Shown here piece by piece: positions 26,611 through 39,640 of a DNA stretch of 64,000 nucleotides. Each line of letters opens with the position of its first letter. The first letter of the stretch is position 1. This DNA comes from Octopus sinensis. Taxonomy: Eukaryota. The DNA lies in assembly GCF_006345805.1 (NCBI RefSeq), contig NC_042999.1, forward strand, positions 19,902,001 through 19,966,000, written 5' to 3'. The translations under genes were made by a program, and so were the position numbers. The notes beneath the pieces are model-generated. The model ran no database searches. It saw nothing but the letters and a program-made list of their open reading frames with translations, and was not told where the DNA came from.

Positions 26611-27487
26611 CATGGTATGAAGGGTAAATTGTCACCATTTTATATCTTTAATTTCATGCATGCACATTGTTTGTTTTTGATTTTGTCAACTACAGAGTAT
26701 AGTTGGGCCAGCTGGGCACCGCCTGTGAGAGAAACAGTACCATGATGCAATTCACTCTGCCAGAAATTCGGAAACGACATGCTGTACTGTTTGGCATTCA
26801 TGACAGAAACGCTGATATGAACATTTCAGAGTGTTTGGGTGTCAATCTGAGGACAGTGCAATTTGAGGATATGTACCAAGGGTGATAAAAATCAAGCATC
26901 CAGTCAGCATCGTGGTGTTTGAAGTGATCACTAGTGATGGTGATGTTATGCCTTCATTCATTTTCCCACATGGCCTCACACTCAACACGAAGGCCCACAT
27001 CATGGAGGTAGTGCTACCCTGGGTCAGGAGCGTGGCTACTGGAAGACCTTTTGTCTGGCAACCGGACTCTGCACCTTTCCACACAAGCAGGAGAACCCAG
27101 TCATGGCTTTCAGACAAATTCAGCAACCACATCATCCCTAACATCTGGTCACCTAACTCCCCAGACTACAACCCTCTTAATTATTATGTGTGGGCTACAG
27201 TTGAGCAAGAGACCAACAAAATTCCTTGTAACACCAAAGATGAACTGAAAGTAAAGGTTATAGCAGCACTCACCAACTTAAATGGGGAGGCCGTCCAGAA
27301 GAGTTGCAGGAGATTCTCAAGTTGTCTGGAGTTTGTGGGTGAAGCCAATGGCGATTTTATTAAATAAATTTACTCTTTAGTATTTCGAGATATTTTTATG
27401 TCATTTTGGTAAATATATCTGCTAAAATGAGATGTCAGTGTTATTTTCATTTTTGCATAACTTAGACAATATATTCCCCACACCCTG
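26611..27487 (+). mobile_element. Internally deleted IS630-Tc1-mariner element of DD37D (maT-like) type
   Basis: ORF 26882-27367 contains FVWQPDSAPFH and SPNSPDYNPLN with 37 residues between the second D and the third catalytic position (N here). TA-flanked degenerate TIRs CATGGTATG / reverse complement CAGGGTGTG. Confidence 0.85.
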
Positions 27488-27574
27488 TATATATATGCAG
27501 TGGGATTGAACCTGGAACCATGTGGTTGGGAAGCAAACATCTTACCACATACCCATGTCTAATTTTCTGACTCC

Positions 27575-28012
27575 TTGAAGCATAAAGCTCCAAATACAGT
27601 ATTAAAATGGCTTATGGATGCAAGACTAAAGAAAGCTGACCAGAAGAGAATTAATGCATTCGAGCTTTGGTGTTCGAGAAGACTTTTGCGGATTCCATGG
27701 ACAGCGAGGCTCACCAATGGAGAAGTTCTTAGGCAGATAAGGCCGAAAATGTCGCTAGAAATTAGGATCACCAAGCATAGATTGGCATATTTCGGTCATA
27801 TTATGTGGAGAAAATCCCTGGAGAAGGACATCATGCTCAGAATGGTCAGTGGCAAGAGAAGAAGAGGCCGACCAAGAACCCGCTGGCTTGACACCATCAA
27901 GAATGATATCGGAATGGACATAGCCAATCTGAAAGAAGCGGCCCAGGATAGAACTGACTGGAGGACACTGATCCAACGAGTGACCGAGAGTCAACTTCGA
28001 CTGAGCGGATAG
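27575..28012 (+). pseudogene. 5'-truncated RTE/BovB-like LINE, ORF C-terminus
   Basis: RINAFELWCSRRLLRIPWTARLTNGEVL...RLAYFGHIM...GKRRRGRPRTRWLDTI...AAQDRTDWR is the typical RTE C-terminal region. Confidence 0.92.
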
Positions 28013-28293
28013 AGGGAGAGATTTGACCTCTCTCGGATGCAGTGAACTGGCAGAGTCATTAGCTCACTGGACAAAATGCTGAACAGCATTTCATCTGACT
28101 TTAGATTTTGAGTTCAAATTCTACTGAAGTTGACTTTACATTCCATCATTTCAGGGACAATAAAACAAGTACCTGTTGATCATTGAGGTTGATGTACCCT
28201 ATTTTAATATGTATAAGGAACCCTTTTTTGTTAAAAATTAGGTTTAAAAAATATGGGAGTTTCTTATAGATGGGTAGTATTATAATCCCTTTA

Positions 28294-28582
28294 GTAGAGG
28301 CACATGGCCTAGTGGTTAGAGCAGTGGACTCGCAGTTGAGGGATCGTGAGTTCGAATCTCAGACTGGGCGATGTGTGTGTTTATGAGTGAAACACCTAAG
28401 CTCCAGCAGAAGGTAATAGCGAACTTCTGCTGACCCTTTCGCCACAAATTTCTCTCACTATTTCCTCCTGAATTTTGCCGCTCACTTGTGATGGACCAAC
28501 GTCCCATCCAGGTGGGGAACCTTATATGCCAAGGAAACTGGGAAACTGGCCCTATGAGCCAGGTATGGCTCAAGAAGGAACA
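28294..28582 (+). mobile_element. SINE family C copy
   Basis: tggcctagtggttagagcagtggactcg..gagttcgaatctcagactgggcg..gagtgaaacacctaagctcc, matching 9856. Confidence 0.75.
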
Positions 28583-28589
28583 AACACGA

Positions 28590-28935
28590 CGTTCTGAGTT
28601 CAAATTCTGCCAAGGTCAACTTTGCCTTTCATTCTTTCAGGGTCGATAAATTAAGTACCAGTGATACACTGGGTCGATGTAATCGACTGTCCTCCTCTCC
28701 CACCAAAAAAATTTCGGGCCTTGTGTGTAGAGTAAAAAAGAATCGTTAGCACACTGGACGCAATGCTTAGTGGTATATTGCTCATCGCTACATTCTGAGT
28801 TCAAATTCCACCGAGGCTGGCTCTGCTTTTCATCCTTTCAGGATGAATAAATTAAGTACCTGTGATACACTGAGGTCGATGTAATCGACTAGTCCCCTCC
28901 CTTCAAATTTCAGGCCTTGTGTCTACAGCAGAAAT
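28590..28935 (+). mobile_element. Two head-to-tail SINE family B modules
   Basis: Two gttctgagttcaaatt..catcctttc..ttaagtacc..gtcgatgtaatcgact..ggccttgtg modules. Confidence 0.75.
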
Positions 28936-29391
28936 GTTTATTTCAAACGACTTCACTGTAAGCCATTTTCATGAAAGCAACAAATTCAAGCTATTACAAA
29001 ATTATCTAAATTCCAATACTGGTCCTAAGATTGAAGAAAATATATTTATTCCCCACAACTTATCTGTTTACTGGGCTGTGAGTTTATATTCCATTTCAAA
29101 TCTATTGAAAGAGTATTAAACTTATTTGCCTTCAAAAGACATCATTAACACTTTCATCCTCATTGATAATAAAATTAAACTTTGAAATATTTCTTGTGTA
29201 AATATCACTTATTTTCCATTTTAAAGAAAGAGGTTAATTGATTTTTAAGCATGAGTTTAGCAAGTTCAAAATTTCTAATACCGAAAGACAACATTTTTGG
29301 ACAAAATGCTTGGCACCTGGTGTTTTAGAAAAGGCTTTCTGTAAACTTAGATTCTTTCATCAACCAAAAGAAGTAAAAAAAAAAGTTACAT

Positions 29392-29559
29392 GTAGGTGCA
29401 GGAGTGGCTGTGTGGTAAGTAGCTTGCCTACCAACCACATGGTTCCGGGTTCAGTCCCACTGCGTGGCATCTTGGGCAAGTGTCTTCTACTATAGCCTCG
29501 GGCCGACCAAAGCCTTGTGAGTGGATTTGGTAGACGGAAACTGAAAGAAGCCCGTCGTA

Positions 29560-29593
<34 letters not shown>

Positions 29594-29808
29594 TGCATGT
29601 ATGTTTGTGTGTCTGTGTCTGTCCCCCTAGCATTGCTTGACAACCGATGCTGGTGTGTTTATGTCACCGTTACTTAGCGGTTCGGCAAAAAGAGACCGAT
29701 AGAATAAGTACTGGGCTTACAAAGAATAAGTCCCGGGGTCAAGTTGCTCAACTAAAGGTGGTGCTCCAGCATGGCCGCAGTCAAATGACTGAAACAAGTA
29801 AAAGAGAG
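29392..29808 (+). mobile_element. SINE family A, full length
   Basis: Collinear with the other family A copies. Confidence 0.92.
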
Positions 29809-30454
29809 AGATATAAGACCAAAATCATCATCATCATCATCATCGTTATTTAACATCAGCTTTCTGTGCTGGCATGGGTCGGACGGTTGGATGGGAGCTG
29901 GTTAGGTAGAAAACTGCACCGTACTTTGCAGATATGAATTAGCAGAGCTGTTAAAACATTGGACAAAATGACTTCTGCTGTTTGTTCTGATTCTGTGCAC
30001 TCAGAGTTCAGATTATGCCTCTGCCAGGGTCGACTTTGTCTTTCATCCTTTTAGAGTTGACAAAAAAACAGAAACAAAAACAGAACCATTCAATGGCAGT
30101 GGAACAGTAGAACTGATGCTGTTTGGGGAGATGTTTTGTCATATTTGTTCCAACAGTTTGTGCTCTGAATACCACCAAGTAGTCCTTGAATATCCAGCTT
30201 CGTTGCCTGACTTTTAGAGGCCCCCTGCAACATTTTGTTTCAAGGCCCCATCTCTCCAATCAAAATTCATAATCTATGCTTCTTTTATTCATAGCTATAT
30301 TTTACTTTATTCTGTCTGAAGTTCAATATTTCATGTTATCCTAAAGAACATCTTTAAAAGTATGAGTTAAATTTATTTAGGTTTATTACAAATAGCATAA
30401 TTCTTTTTCAACATCTTAACCAAAGTAAATATCTTGTCTTTTCTTGTCTTGAGA

Positions 30455-30790
30455 CAGCATTCACCCGGGGTGGGTTGAGCTGGCTTCATTCATCCTCAAT
30501 GCTGCATCTCTCACAAACGCCGACCAGGCCTGGCGATTTGAGGCTAATGACCGCGTGATCTCCAACCACTCCCTATTCCAGCGGCAAACGCCATAGACAT
30601 GGGAGCCAAAGTTGGGTTCCAGACCAGCCTTGACTGTCATCAGCCAGGTTTTTCACTGTCCACCACAACGTTTTCGCCAACCCTGAAGGGGAGCTGGAGC
30701 AATTACTTTGTAGATGAATTCTCCTGGTTGATGATGGAGGGCATGACCCAGCCAACACAGATGTCTTGTTAGGATGACTTGTCGGAGGGG
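30455..30790 (-). pseudogene. RTE-clade LINE 3' fragment (second RTE family)
   Basis: Minus frame ILTRHLCWLGHAL...QGWRKRCGGQ*KTWLMTVKA...LASNRQAWSAFVRDAA...STHPG*; close paralog at 51130-51420. Confidence 0.8.
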
Positions 30791-32149
30791 GTGGGGATTC
30801 TGCACTGGTGTCGCACCAAATTGTTAGAGACAAAGTGATGCCATCGGACACGAAGGATGCGGCGTAGACAGAGGTGATCAAAGGACTCTAGTAAATATGT
30901 GTCACATCTACATACTTTGATCATAACGTGGGACCACTCAACCATGAAGGCCCCCTAAAACTGCAAGGTTTGCAGGGGCTTAACGACAGCTCTGTAAATA
31001 TCTTTTGTGAAATTTAATCTGAGATTCTCATATGAGCACTTGGCCCTAGTCTCTCTCTCTCTCTCTCTTCCACAATCTCGTAGCTCACCCCACATCACTA
31101 CTAAGTAGTTAAAAGATAAAATGAACAGCTTATTCCTCTTTCTGAAATACTTATCAACAGCTAGTGAGGAGGGAGAAAGAAACACGGGACTGATTGGAGA
31201 AAGCAAAATGATATTAAATTCATAATAATTTTATAGTGATTGCTTTATCTTTGTGTGTGTATGTGTGAACTTTTATGCGTGAAATAAACAAAATTTAGCT
31301 ATTACCACAGCAATGTTTTCTTTCCATTTTCTTGATTGCAAAGATTATTTTAGAAATAATTTAAATGGAATTGATTAAACATGTTTCCTTCAATTAATTT
31401 AATCCAGAGGCAAAAATATTGTTTCTCAAATGTAAAAATAGCTTTAAGCAAGTTATCATTTAAACTGTGTTATTTCTCAATTTGAAAGATAATTATAGTT
31501 AATTACTAGCAAGCAAATATGTATCTTAAGGGAGTAAATGTACATTGACTCTTATCTGTTTCCTGTTTGGAAGATGTTTCAGACAATAAATAGCAAAATA
31601 TTTACTTAATATAAGTAATTTTAATAAGTAATAATTAGTGATAATTTGTATTTAAGAATGTGCTGGAGTGACAGAAATTGTAGTGCCAAGCTTAAATGCC
31701 TGCTAATATCCAATTATTTATTTAAGCATTCTGAGTTCAAATTCCACCAGAGTTAATTTTACTTTTCAATCCAGTTGAAGTTAATAAAATAAGTATGAGA
31801 AATACGTTGGAGATTGTTTCAATAAGTAATATTCTTTCTTTTCTTTCTAATTGGAGTTTTCATGCCAAAGTTAGAAATCAATAATTTGCTATTATGATCA
31901 AATTTTAAGAAATCTTTCAGTGAATTATTGGCAAATAAAATTCCTTAGCTAAGTCCTATACCAGAAAATTTCATAGAACAATTCAGAAAGCATCTAAATT
32001 GCAGTGAAATAGATGTTATTAAGCAATATTTTCTGATTCGCTTATATTCTGTCCATTAAATATTAATGAGACTGTCTATGGATATATAAATCTGAAAAGC
32101 TAATTTATAACAAGATTGCAACCCATTCAAAGCAGATATATAGCTGCAG

Positions 32150-32371
32150 GGCGAGCGGCAAGCTGGCAGAAACGTTAGCATACTGGGCGAAATGCGTAGC
32201 CGTATTTTGTCTGCCGTTACGTTCTGAGTTCAAATTCCGCCAAGGTCGACTTAGCCTTTCATCCTTTCGGGGTCGATAAATTAAGTACCAGTTACGCACT
32301 GGGGTCGATGTAATCGACTTAATCCGTTTGTCCTCTCTGTGTTTAGCCCCTTGTGGGTAGTAAAAAAAAAA
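32150..32371 (+). mobile_element. SINE family B, full length, 16-bp TSD
   Basis: Flanked by agatatatagctgcag at 32134-32149 and 32372-32387; A-rich tail. Confidence 0.93.
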
Positions 32372-32563
32372 AGATATATAGCTGCAGACATGGCTGTGTG
32401 GTTAAGAAGCTAGCTTCCCAAACATGTGGTCCTGGGTTCAACCTCATTGCTCAGTACTTTGGGCAAGTGTTGTTTATTTCAAACCTTGGCTGACCAAAGC
32501 CTTGTGAAAATGTTTGCTACATGGAAACTAAAAGAATCCCATCAGTCATCATCATCCCCACCA

Positions 32564-32944
32564 GGCACAGGAGTGGTTGTGTGGTAAATAGCTTGCTTAC
32601 CAACCACATGATTCCGGGTTCAGTCCCACTGCGTGGCACCTTGGGCAAGTATCGTCTACTATAGCCTTGGGCTGACCAAAGCCTTGTGAGTGGATTTAGT
32701 AGACGGAAACTGAAAGAAGCCCATCGTATATATGTATATATATATATGTATGTGTGTTTGTGTGTCTGAGTTTGTCCCTCCAGCCAATGCTGGTATGTTT
32801 ACGTCCCTGCAACTTAGCGGTTAGGCAAAAGATACCAATAGAATAAGCACTAGGCTAACAAAGAATAAGTCATGGGGTCGATTTGCTCGACTGAAGGCGG
32901 TGCCCCAGCATGGCCACAGTCAAAAGACTGAAACAAATAAAAGA
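32564..32944 (+). mobile_element. SINE family A, full length (an older head fragment lies at about 32390-32520)
   Basis: Collinear with the other family A copies. Confidence 0.88.
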
Positions 32945-33717
32945 CATCCCCATCATTTAACATCTGCTTTCCATGCTGGCATGGGTTAGACGGCTAGAAT
33001 GGAAATAGCAAGCTGGAGAGCTACACCAAGATCCAGTCTGAATTTGGCTTGGTTTCTATGGATAGATCCCCTTCTTAACACCAACCACATGTTGCAAGCA
33101 CAGGTGCTTTTATGTGTCACAGGCATGGGTGCTTTTACAAATCACTGGCATGGATGTTACACACTGGGGTCAATATAATCCGTTTGTCTGTCCTTATTTG
33201 TCCCCTATATGTGTAGCCCCTTGTGGGCAGTAAAGAAATAAGAAGCTGGCATGGATGCTGTAATGTGTCATTGCCACAAGCCACAATTACGTATGATTTC
33301 ACTTGGCCTGACAAGTCTTCTCAAGTACAACATATTACTAAAGATCACAATCATTTTTCATCACCTCCATGATCCCACATTCAGAGACCATGCTTCACTA
33401 CCTCATCCTATATCTTCCTGGGGTCTACCTCTTCCGCAGGTTCCCTCCACGTGCAATTGTGTACCCTTGTCTTGACATGTGATGGTTGTAAACGGTGGTG
33501 CATCAGCATGGCCACAGCTATGAGCTGAAACTACAGCAAAACAAATAGGCACAGGGATGGCTGTGTGTAAGAAGGCAGTGAGCTGGCAGAAACGTTAGCA
33601 CACCGGGTGAAATGCTTAGAGGTATTTTGTAGGCCACTGCAATCTGAGTTCAAATTCCGACAAGGTCGACTTTGTCTTTCATCCTTTCAAGGTCAATTAA
33701 ATAAGTACCAGTTACAC

Positions 33718-34045
33718 ACCAACCACTCCTAGAGTGTAGTGGGTGCTTTTACGTGCCACCGGCAGGAGGGCCAAGTAGGTGGTACTGGCAACGGCCATGC
33801 TCAAATGGTGCTTTTTATGTGCCACCTGCACAGGAGCCAGTCCAGCGGCACTGGCAACGACCTCACTCAAATGTTTTTTTTTTCATGTGCCACCAGCACA
33901 AGTGCTAGTAAGGCGACGCAGGTAACAATCATGCTCAAATGGTGTTTTTAACATGCTATTGGCACAGAGGCCAGCCTGTTGCTCTGGCAACGATCTCATT
34001 TGTATGGTACTCTTTGCGCTCAACTAGCAACGGATGCTAGTCACC
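33718..34045 (-). mobile_element. Family E retroelement tail fragment with internal ~55-bp repeats
   Basis: Several ggtgctttt(t)acgtgccacc units. Confidence 0.8.
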
Positions 34046-34873
34046 GAGTTTGATTTGATTTTTAAATAGAGGAGGACACATTAGCCAATGAATTCTCAGT
34101 AACAAAGCAACTGGAATACACTTGCCGTATTGTAAGAACTCTTGTATCTTCAGCATTATTCCAATTATTCCAGTGACCTAATTGCTTATAAGACATTGCT
34201 ATACATTGCTGATTAGCAGTAGATCACTCTTGATTAACCAAATCCAGGATTAGTCTATTAGGCCACACTGCTCAATTAGCTTTCCATTATCTAAAATGAC
34301 ATGATGTGTTAAGAGGAAAATTTGGCTGCTATTTCTTGCAAGCTGACTGACCTCCCAGATCCTTTGTCAGTAGTTCATCATTACTATTCATTGTTAAATG
34401 TGATAGCCTAATGTGTGTTATAAGAAGTCAACAAATTGTACTTTATAACCATGAAGCATACTTTTGTAAACTGTACAATGCTGTATAACCTATATATCTA
34501 TGATATCTTGAATTTTGCTTATATTTTCATATCTGGGTGTATATATCTTACTTCTATTCCTATGTGTATACATATATAATGAGATGCTAATCTATAATAT
34601 ATCCCTTTGATGTTGTCAAAACAGAAGTATGCAATGAAAGGTAGATGCTGCGTGGAGATTAGATATCTTTTGAATGAAAACATTTACTCTAAGTTATCAC
34701 AACTTCTTTGAAACTTTACCCTACTTACGAAACACTTAAACCCTTTTAAGTTTATATTCTCATCAAAGACACAGTCTACTAATGTGTCTCAATTAATTTT
34801 GTAGTTAGTGAAGAATTTGGAATGTTTTTACAAAATATTTTAATGATCAGGTTGCTTATTGTGAAACAGTATG

Positions 34874-35282
34874 TGCAGGAGTGGCTGTGTGGTAAGTAAC
34901 TTTTTACCAACCACATGGTTCTGGGTTCAGTCCCACTGCGTGGCATCTTGGGCAAGTGTCTTCTGCTATAACCTCGGGCCGACCAATGCCTTGTGAGTGG
35001 ATTTGGTAGACGGAAACTGAAAGAAGCCTGCCGTATATATGTATATATATATAAGTGTGTGTGTATATGTTTGTGTGTCTGTGTTTGTCCCCCTAGCATT
35101 GCTTGACAACCGATGCTGGTGTGTTTATGTCCCCGTCACTTAGCGGTTCGGCAAAAGAGACCGATAGAATAAGTACTGGGCTTACAAAGAATAAGTCCCG
35201 GGGTCAATTTGCTCGACTAAAAGGCGGTGCTCCAGCATGGCCACAGTCAAATGACTAAAACAAGTAAAAGAGTAAAAAGAGT
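34874..35282 (+). mobile_element. SINE family A, full length, young subfamily
   Basis: Diagnostic variants shared with 10783 and 46262. Confidence 0.92.
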
Positions 35283-35294
35283 ATATAAGAGAGG

Positions 35295-35530
35295 GAGGCG
35301 GCGAGCTAGCAGAAACGTTAGTGCGCCGAGCAAAACACCTAGCCGTATTTCGTCTGTTGTTAAGTTCTGAGTTCAAATTCCACCATGGTCAACTTTGCAT
35401 TTCATCCTCACAGGGTCGATAAATAAAATACCAGTTTCGCACTGGGTCGATGTAATCGACTTAATCCCTTTGTCTGTCCTTGTTTCTCTCCTCTGTGTTT
35501 AACCTTTTGTGAGTAGTAATGAAATATATA
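35295..35530 (+). mobile_element. SINE family B, full length, 13-bp TSD
   Basis: Flanked by tatataagagagg at 35282-35294 and 35531-35543. Confidence 0.92.
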
Positions 35531-36665
35531 TATATAAGAGAGGAAGATGAAATAACAACTCCTTCACATCACCACCAATGCTTATAAAACTTGTCAGAAA
35601 CTGATTTTCAACAGACACAATGAAGTTGTGTCAATGAGTAGGTTGTAAATATTTGTGAAAATGTTTGTAGACTTTATAATATAATATATACTATTATTAA
35701 GAAATAAACAAACAGAGTATATAAAAATGTTTTGTGTGTGGTATGTTGTGAAATTGTTAAATTACTCTTCCACACTATAATAGCTTCAGTTTCAAAACAT
35801 TATCTCAGATCAAGTCATTTATCATAACAAATACAGCTCTCAAGTTTTAATTTAAATATGAACATATTAAAATGAGATTTTGAATTATAAGAGAACAGAT
35901 GCTTTCAGGCGGTATTTAAATCATCACTTCTGTTTTTGCAAACACTGTATATATATATATATATAATATATGACAGACACAAGGTAGTTCCTTTTCTTTC
36001 TTTTTTTTTTTTTTTAAATAGGTAATAGCACATAATTCGACAGAAATATAATTGATATTTCTTGCAGATATAAAAACCATATAGACATTACCTCATTTTA
36101 TAATTTTAGCTTTAATGTTCTGTAACCAATTGTTGTATTCAGGTGCTTCAGTGGACTGTTTCATTAGAGAAGGATTCAAGAAATTATGTGCTGGAATAAT
36201 TTCTTGTCTCTTCCTTGGGTTTTACAGAATGCGTTTGGGCTTATCACTGCCACCGAGCAAACCATGACCAAATTAATCATACAGCAATCCCCCATTGCTT
36301 AGAGTGCTGCATTCTGATTCTTCTTAGTGCTAATTTGCAACTGGACATGACGGATAAAGTTCTTTTGACTAAATTCTTAATTTTTTTTTACAAAATTAAA
36401 TGAAACACAGGCTGTGTGTTTCAATTGAAATATGTATCAAAGGGATTTTTATATCATTCATCTTCTACTTGTTGCTGCACCATGCTGGAGCACTGCCTTG
36501 AATGGTTAGTCGAACCAACTGACCACAGGACCTATTTTTTATTTAGTACTTATTTTATCAGTTCATTTTGCTGAACCACTAATGTTACAGAATGTAAATA
36601 AACCAACACCTGTTGACAAATGGTGATGGGGAAAAATATACCATAAATGCATACACACACACACA

Positions 36666-36716
<51 letters not shown>

Positions 36717-37350
36717 GAAGGTTTGGAAATGCAATTTTGAAAGATGTTTATTCACTTGACCGGTTTCACTTTTTTAGAAAAAGATTGTCAAAAGTAAAAT
36801 GTAAAAGCTTTGCTGTGTTAGGTACTGGTTTTCACGAAATATTACAATACATAAATACATTCTTTGATAATAATAAGAAAATGTTAAAAACAGTTTACAA
36901 GGAAAAATCTTGAGAAAATATTAAAAAAGTTCATTAAAAATATTAGGATTTCATTAAAAATCATGTTTGGTTGGAAGTATCTATATATATATATATATAC
37001 ACAGAAAATTATAAGTTCTAAAAGGCCATATTTGGTGGTATATATATACACAGAAGGTGATATATTTAGGAGTTTACAAAGAATTTGAGATGAACTGACC
37101 TGTTTTACCATTTTTTCGAAAAACAAGACTATGATAAATTATCAGACTGTGATAAATCATACCTTAGCTGAAACTTCGAAGTCACTGTCAATACTATTCT
37201 TGTTAGAAAAAAATAAATTTGTATTTAGTAATACTTCAGTTTAATGTAGACTTGGTTGTATTATAGTATAAAAACAACCATTCATATATATATTTTTTTA
37301 ATTGGTTCTCAAAGCACATAAATTATATAGATAATAAGCATGCGAATATT

Positions 37351-39217
37351 CTTTTCTACTCTAGACTCAAGGCCTGAAATTTTGAGAGAGGTGGGGCCAA
37401 TTGATTAGATCAACCCTAGTACATAACTGGTACTCAAATTATTGACCCCAAAAGAACGAATGGCAAAGTTGACCACGGCAGAATTTGAACTCAGAACATA
37501 AAGACTGATGAAATACCTATTTCTTTACTACCCACAAGGGGCTAAACACAGAGGAGGCAAACAAGGACAGACAAACGGATTGAGTCGATTACATCGACAC
37601 CAGTGCATAACTGGTACTTAATTTATCGACCCCGAATGGATGAAAGGCAAAGTCAACCTCGGCAGAATTTGAACTCAGAACATAAAGACTGATGAAATAC
37701 CTATTTCTTTATTACCCACAAGGGGCTAAACACAGAGGAGGCAAACAAGGACAGACAAACGGATTGAGTCGATTACATCGACACCAGTGCATAACGGGTA
37801 CTTATTTATCGACCCCGAATGGATGAAAGGCAAAGTCAACCTCGGCAGAATTGAACTCAGAACGTAAGACTGATGAAATACCTATTTCTTTATTACCCAC
37901 AAGGGGCTAAACACAGAGGAGGCAAACAAGGACAGACAAACGGATTGAGTCGATTACATCGACACCAGTGCATAACGGGTACTTAATTTATCGACCCCGA
38001 ATGGATGAAAGGCAAAGTCAACCTCGGCAGAATTTGAACTCAGAACGTAAAGACTGATGAAATACCTATTTCTTTATTACCCACAAGGGGCTAAACACAG
38101 AGGAGGCAAACAAGGACAGACAAACGGATTGAGTCGATTACATCGACACCAGTGCATAACGGGTACTTAATTTATCGACCCCGAATGGATGAAAGGCAAA
38201 GTCAACCTCGGCAGAATTTGAACTCAGAACATAAAGACTGATGAAATACCTATTTCTTTATTACCCACAAGGGGCTAAACACAGAGGAGGCAAACAAGGA
38301 CAGACAAACGATTGAGTCGATTACATCGACACCAGTGCATAACGGTACTTAATTTATCGACCCCGAATGGATGAAAGGCAAAGTCAACCTCGGCAGAATT
38401 TGAACTCAGAACATAAAGACTGATGAAATACCTATTTCTTTATTACCCACAAGGGGCTAAACACAGAGGAGGCAAACAAGGACAGACAAACGGATTGAGT
38501 CGATTACATCGACACCAGTGCATAACGGTACTTAATTTATCGACCCCGAATGGATGAAAGGTAAAGTCAACCTCGGCAGAATTTGAACTCAGAACGTAAA
38601 GACTGATGAAATACCTATTTCTTTATTACCCACAAGGGGCTAAACACAGAGGAGGCAAACAAGGACAGACAAACGGATTGAGTCGATTACATCGACACCA
38701 GTGCATAACGGGTACTTAATTTATCGACCCCGAATGGATGAAAGGCAAAGTCAACCTCGGCAGAATTTGAACTCAGAACGTAACGGCGGACGAAATACCT
38801 ATTTCTTTATTACCCACAAGGGGCTAAACACAGAGGAGGCAAACAAGGACAGACAAACGGATTGAGTCGATTACATCGACACCAGTGCATGACGGGTACT
38901 TAATTTATCGACCCCGAATGGATGAAAGGCAAAGTCAACCTCGGCAGAATTTGAACTCAGAACATAAAGACTGATGAAATACCTATTTCTTTATTACCCA
39001 CAAGGGGCTAAACACAGAGGAGGCAAACAAGGACAGACAAACGGATTGAGTCGATTACATCGACACCAGTGCATAACGGGTACTTAATTTATCGATCCCG
39101 AATGGATGAAAGGCAAAGTCGACCTCGGCAGAATTTGAACTCAGAACGTAACGGCGGACGAAATACCGCTAAGCATTTTGCCCGGAGTGCTAACAATTCT
39201 GCCAACTCACCGCCTTC
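37351..39217 (-). repeat. SINE family B-derived tandem array, nine ~183-bp units within one TSD-bounded element
   Basis: B-box anchor gaa(t)ttgaac at about 37481, 37665, 37848, 38030, 38214, 38396, 38579, 38763, 38947 and 39131. Flanked by aataagcatg(c/t)gaatatt at 37333-37350 and 39218-39235. Confidence 0.95.
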
Positions 39218-39444
39218 AATAAGCATGTGAATATTAAGTCAGCAAACCCATTTGGATAGAAAAATTCTGAAGGCAGCCCATGGGATCTGAACCAGCATCT
39301 CCTTTGACATTTTTCTGTCCAAAAGGGTTTTCCAACCCAATATTTACATGGTGTTATTTCCAGTGTTTGTGTGCTTTGAGAACCAATTCCACAAAAGAAT
39401 AATTTTTTCATGTTTTCCAGACAGATTATAAATTTTTATGAAGT

Positions 39445-39504
39445 CCATATATATATATATATATTATATATATACATATATATGTATGTATATATCTATC
39501 TATC

Positions 39505-39580
<76 letters not shown>

Positions 39581-39640
39581 TATATATATATACATATATA
39601 TGTATGTATATATCTATCTATCTATATATATATAATATAT
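39445..39640. repeat. (TA)n-rich compound microsatellite
   Basis: Read directly from the sequence. Confidence 0.95.

Noticed and set aside
37504-37530. CTGATGA in the 183-bp unit as a hammerhead core (retrozyme-like array)
   Set aside because: It is followed by AATA-CC-TATT-TCTT, not by a stem II plus GAAA, and several units lack the motif.
37351-39217. Regular array resembling CRISPR
   Set aside because: Units are contiguous and near-identical with no unique spacers, derive from a SINE, there are no cas genes, and the context is eukaryotic.
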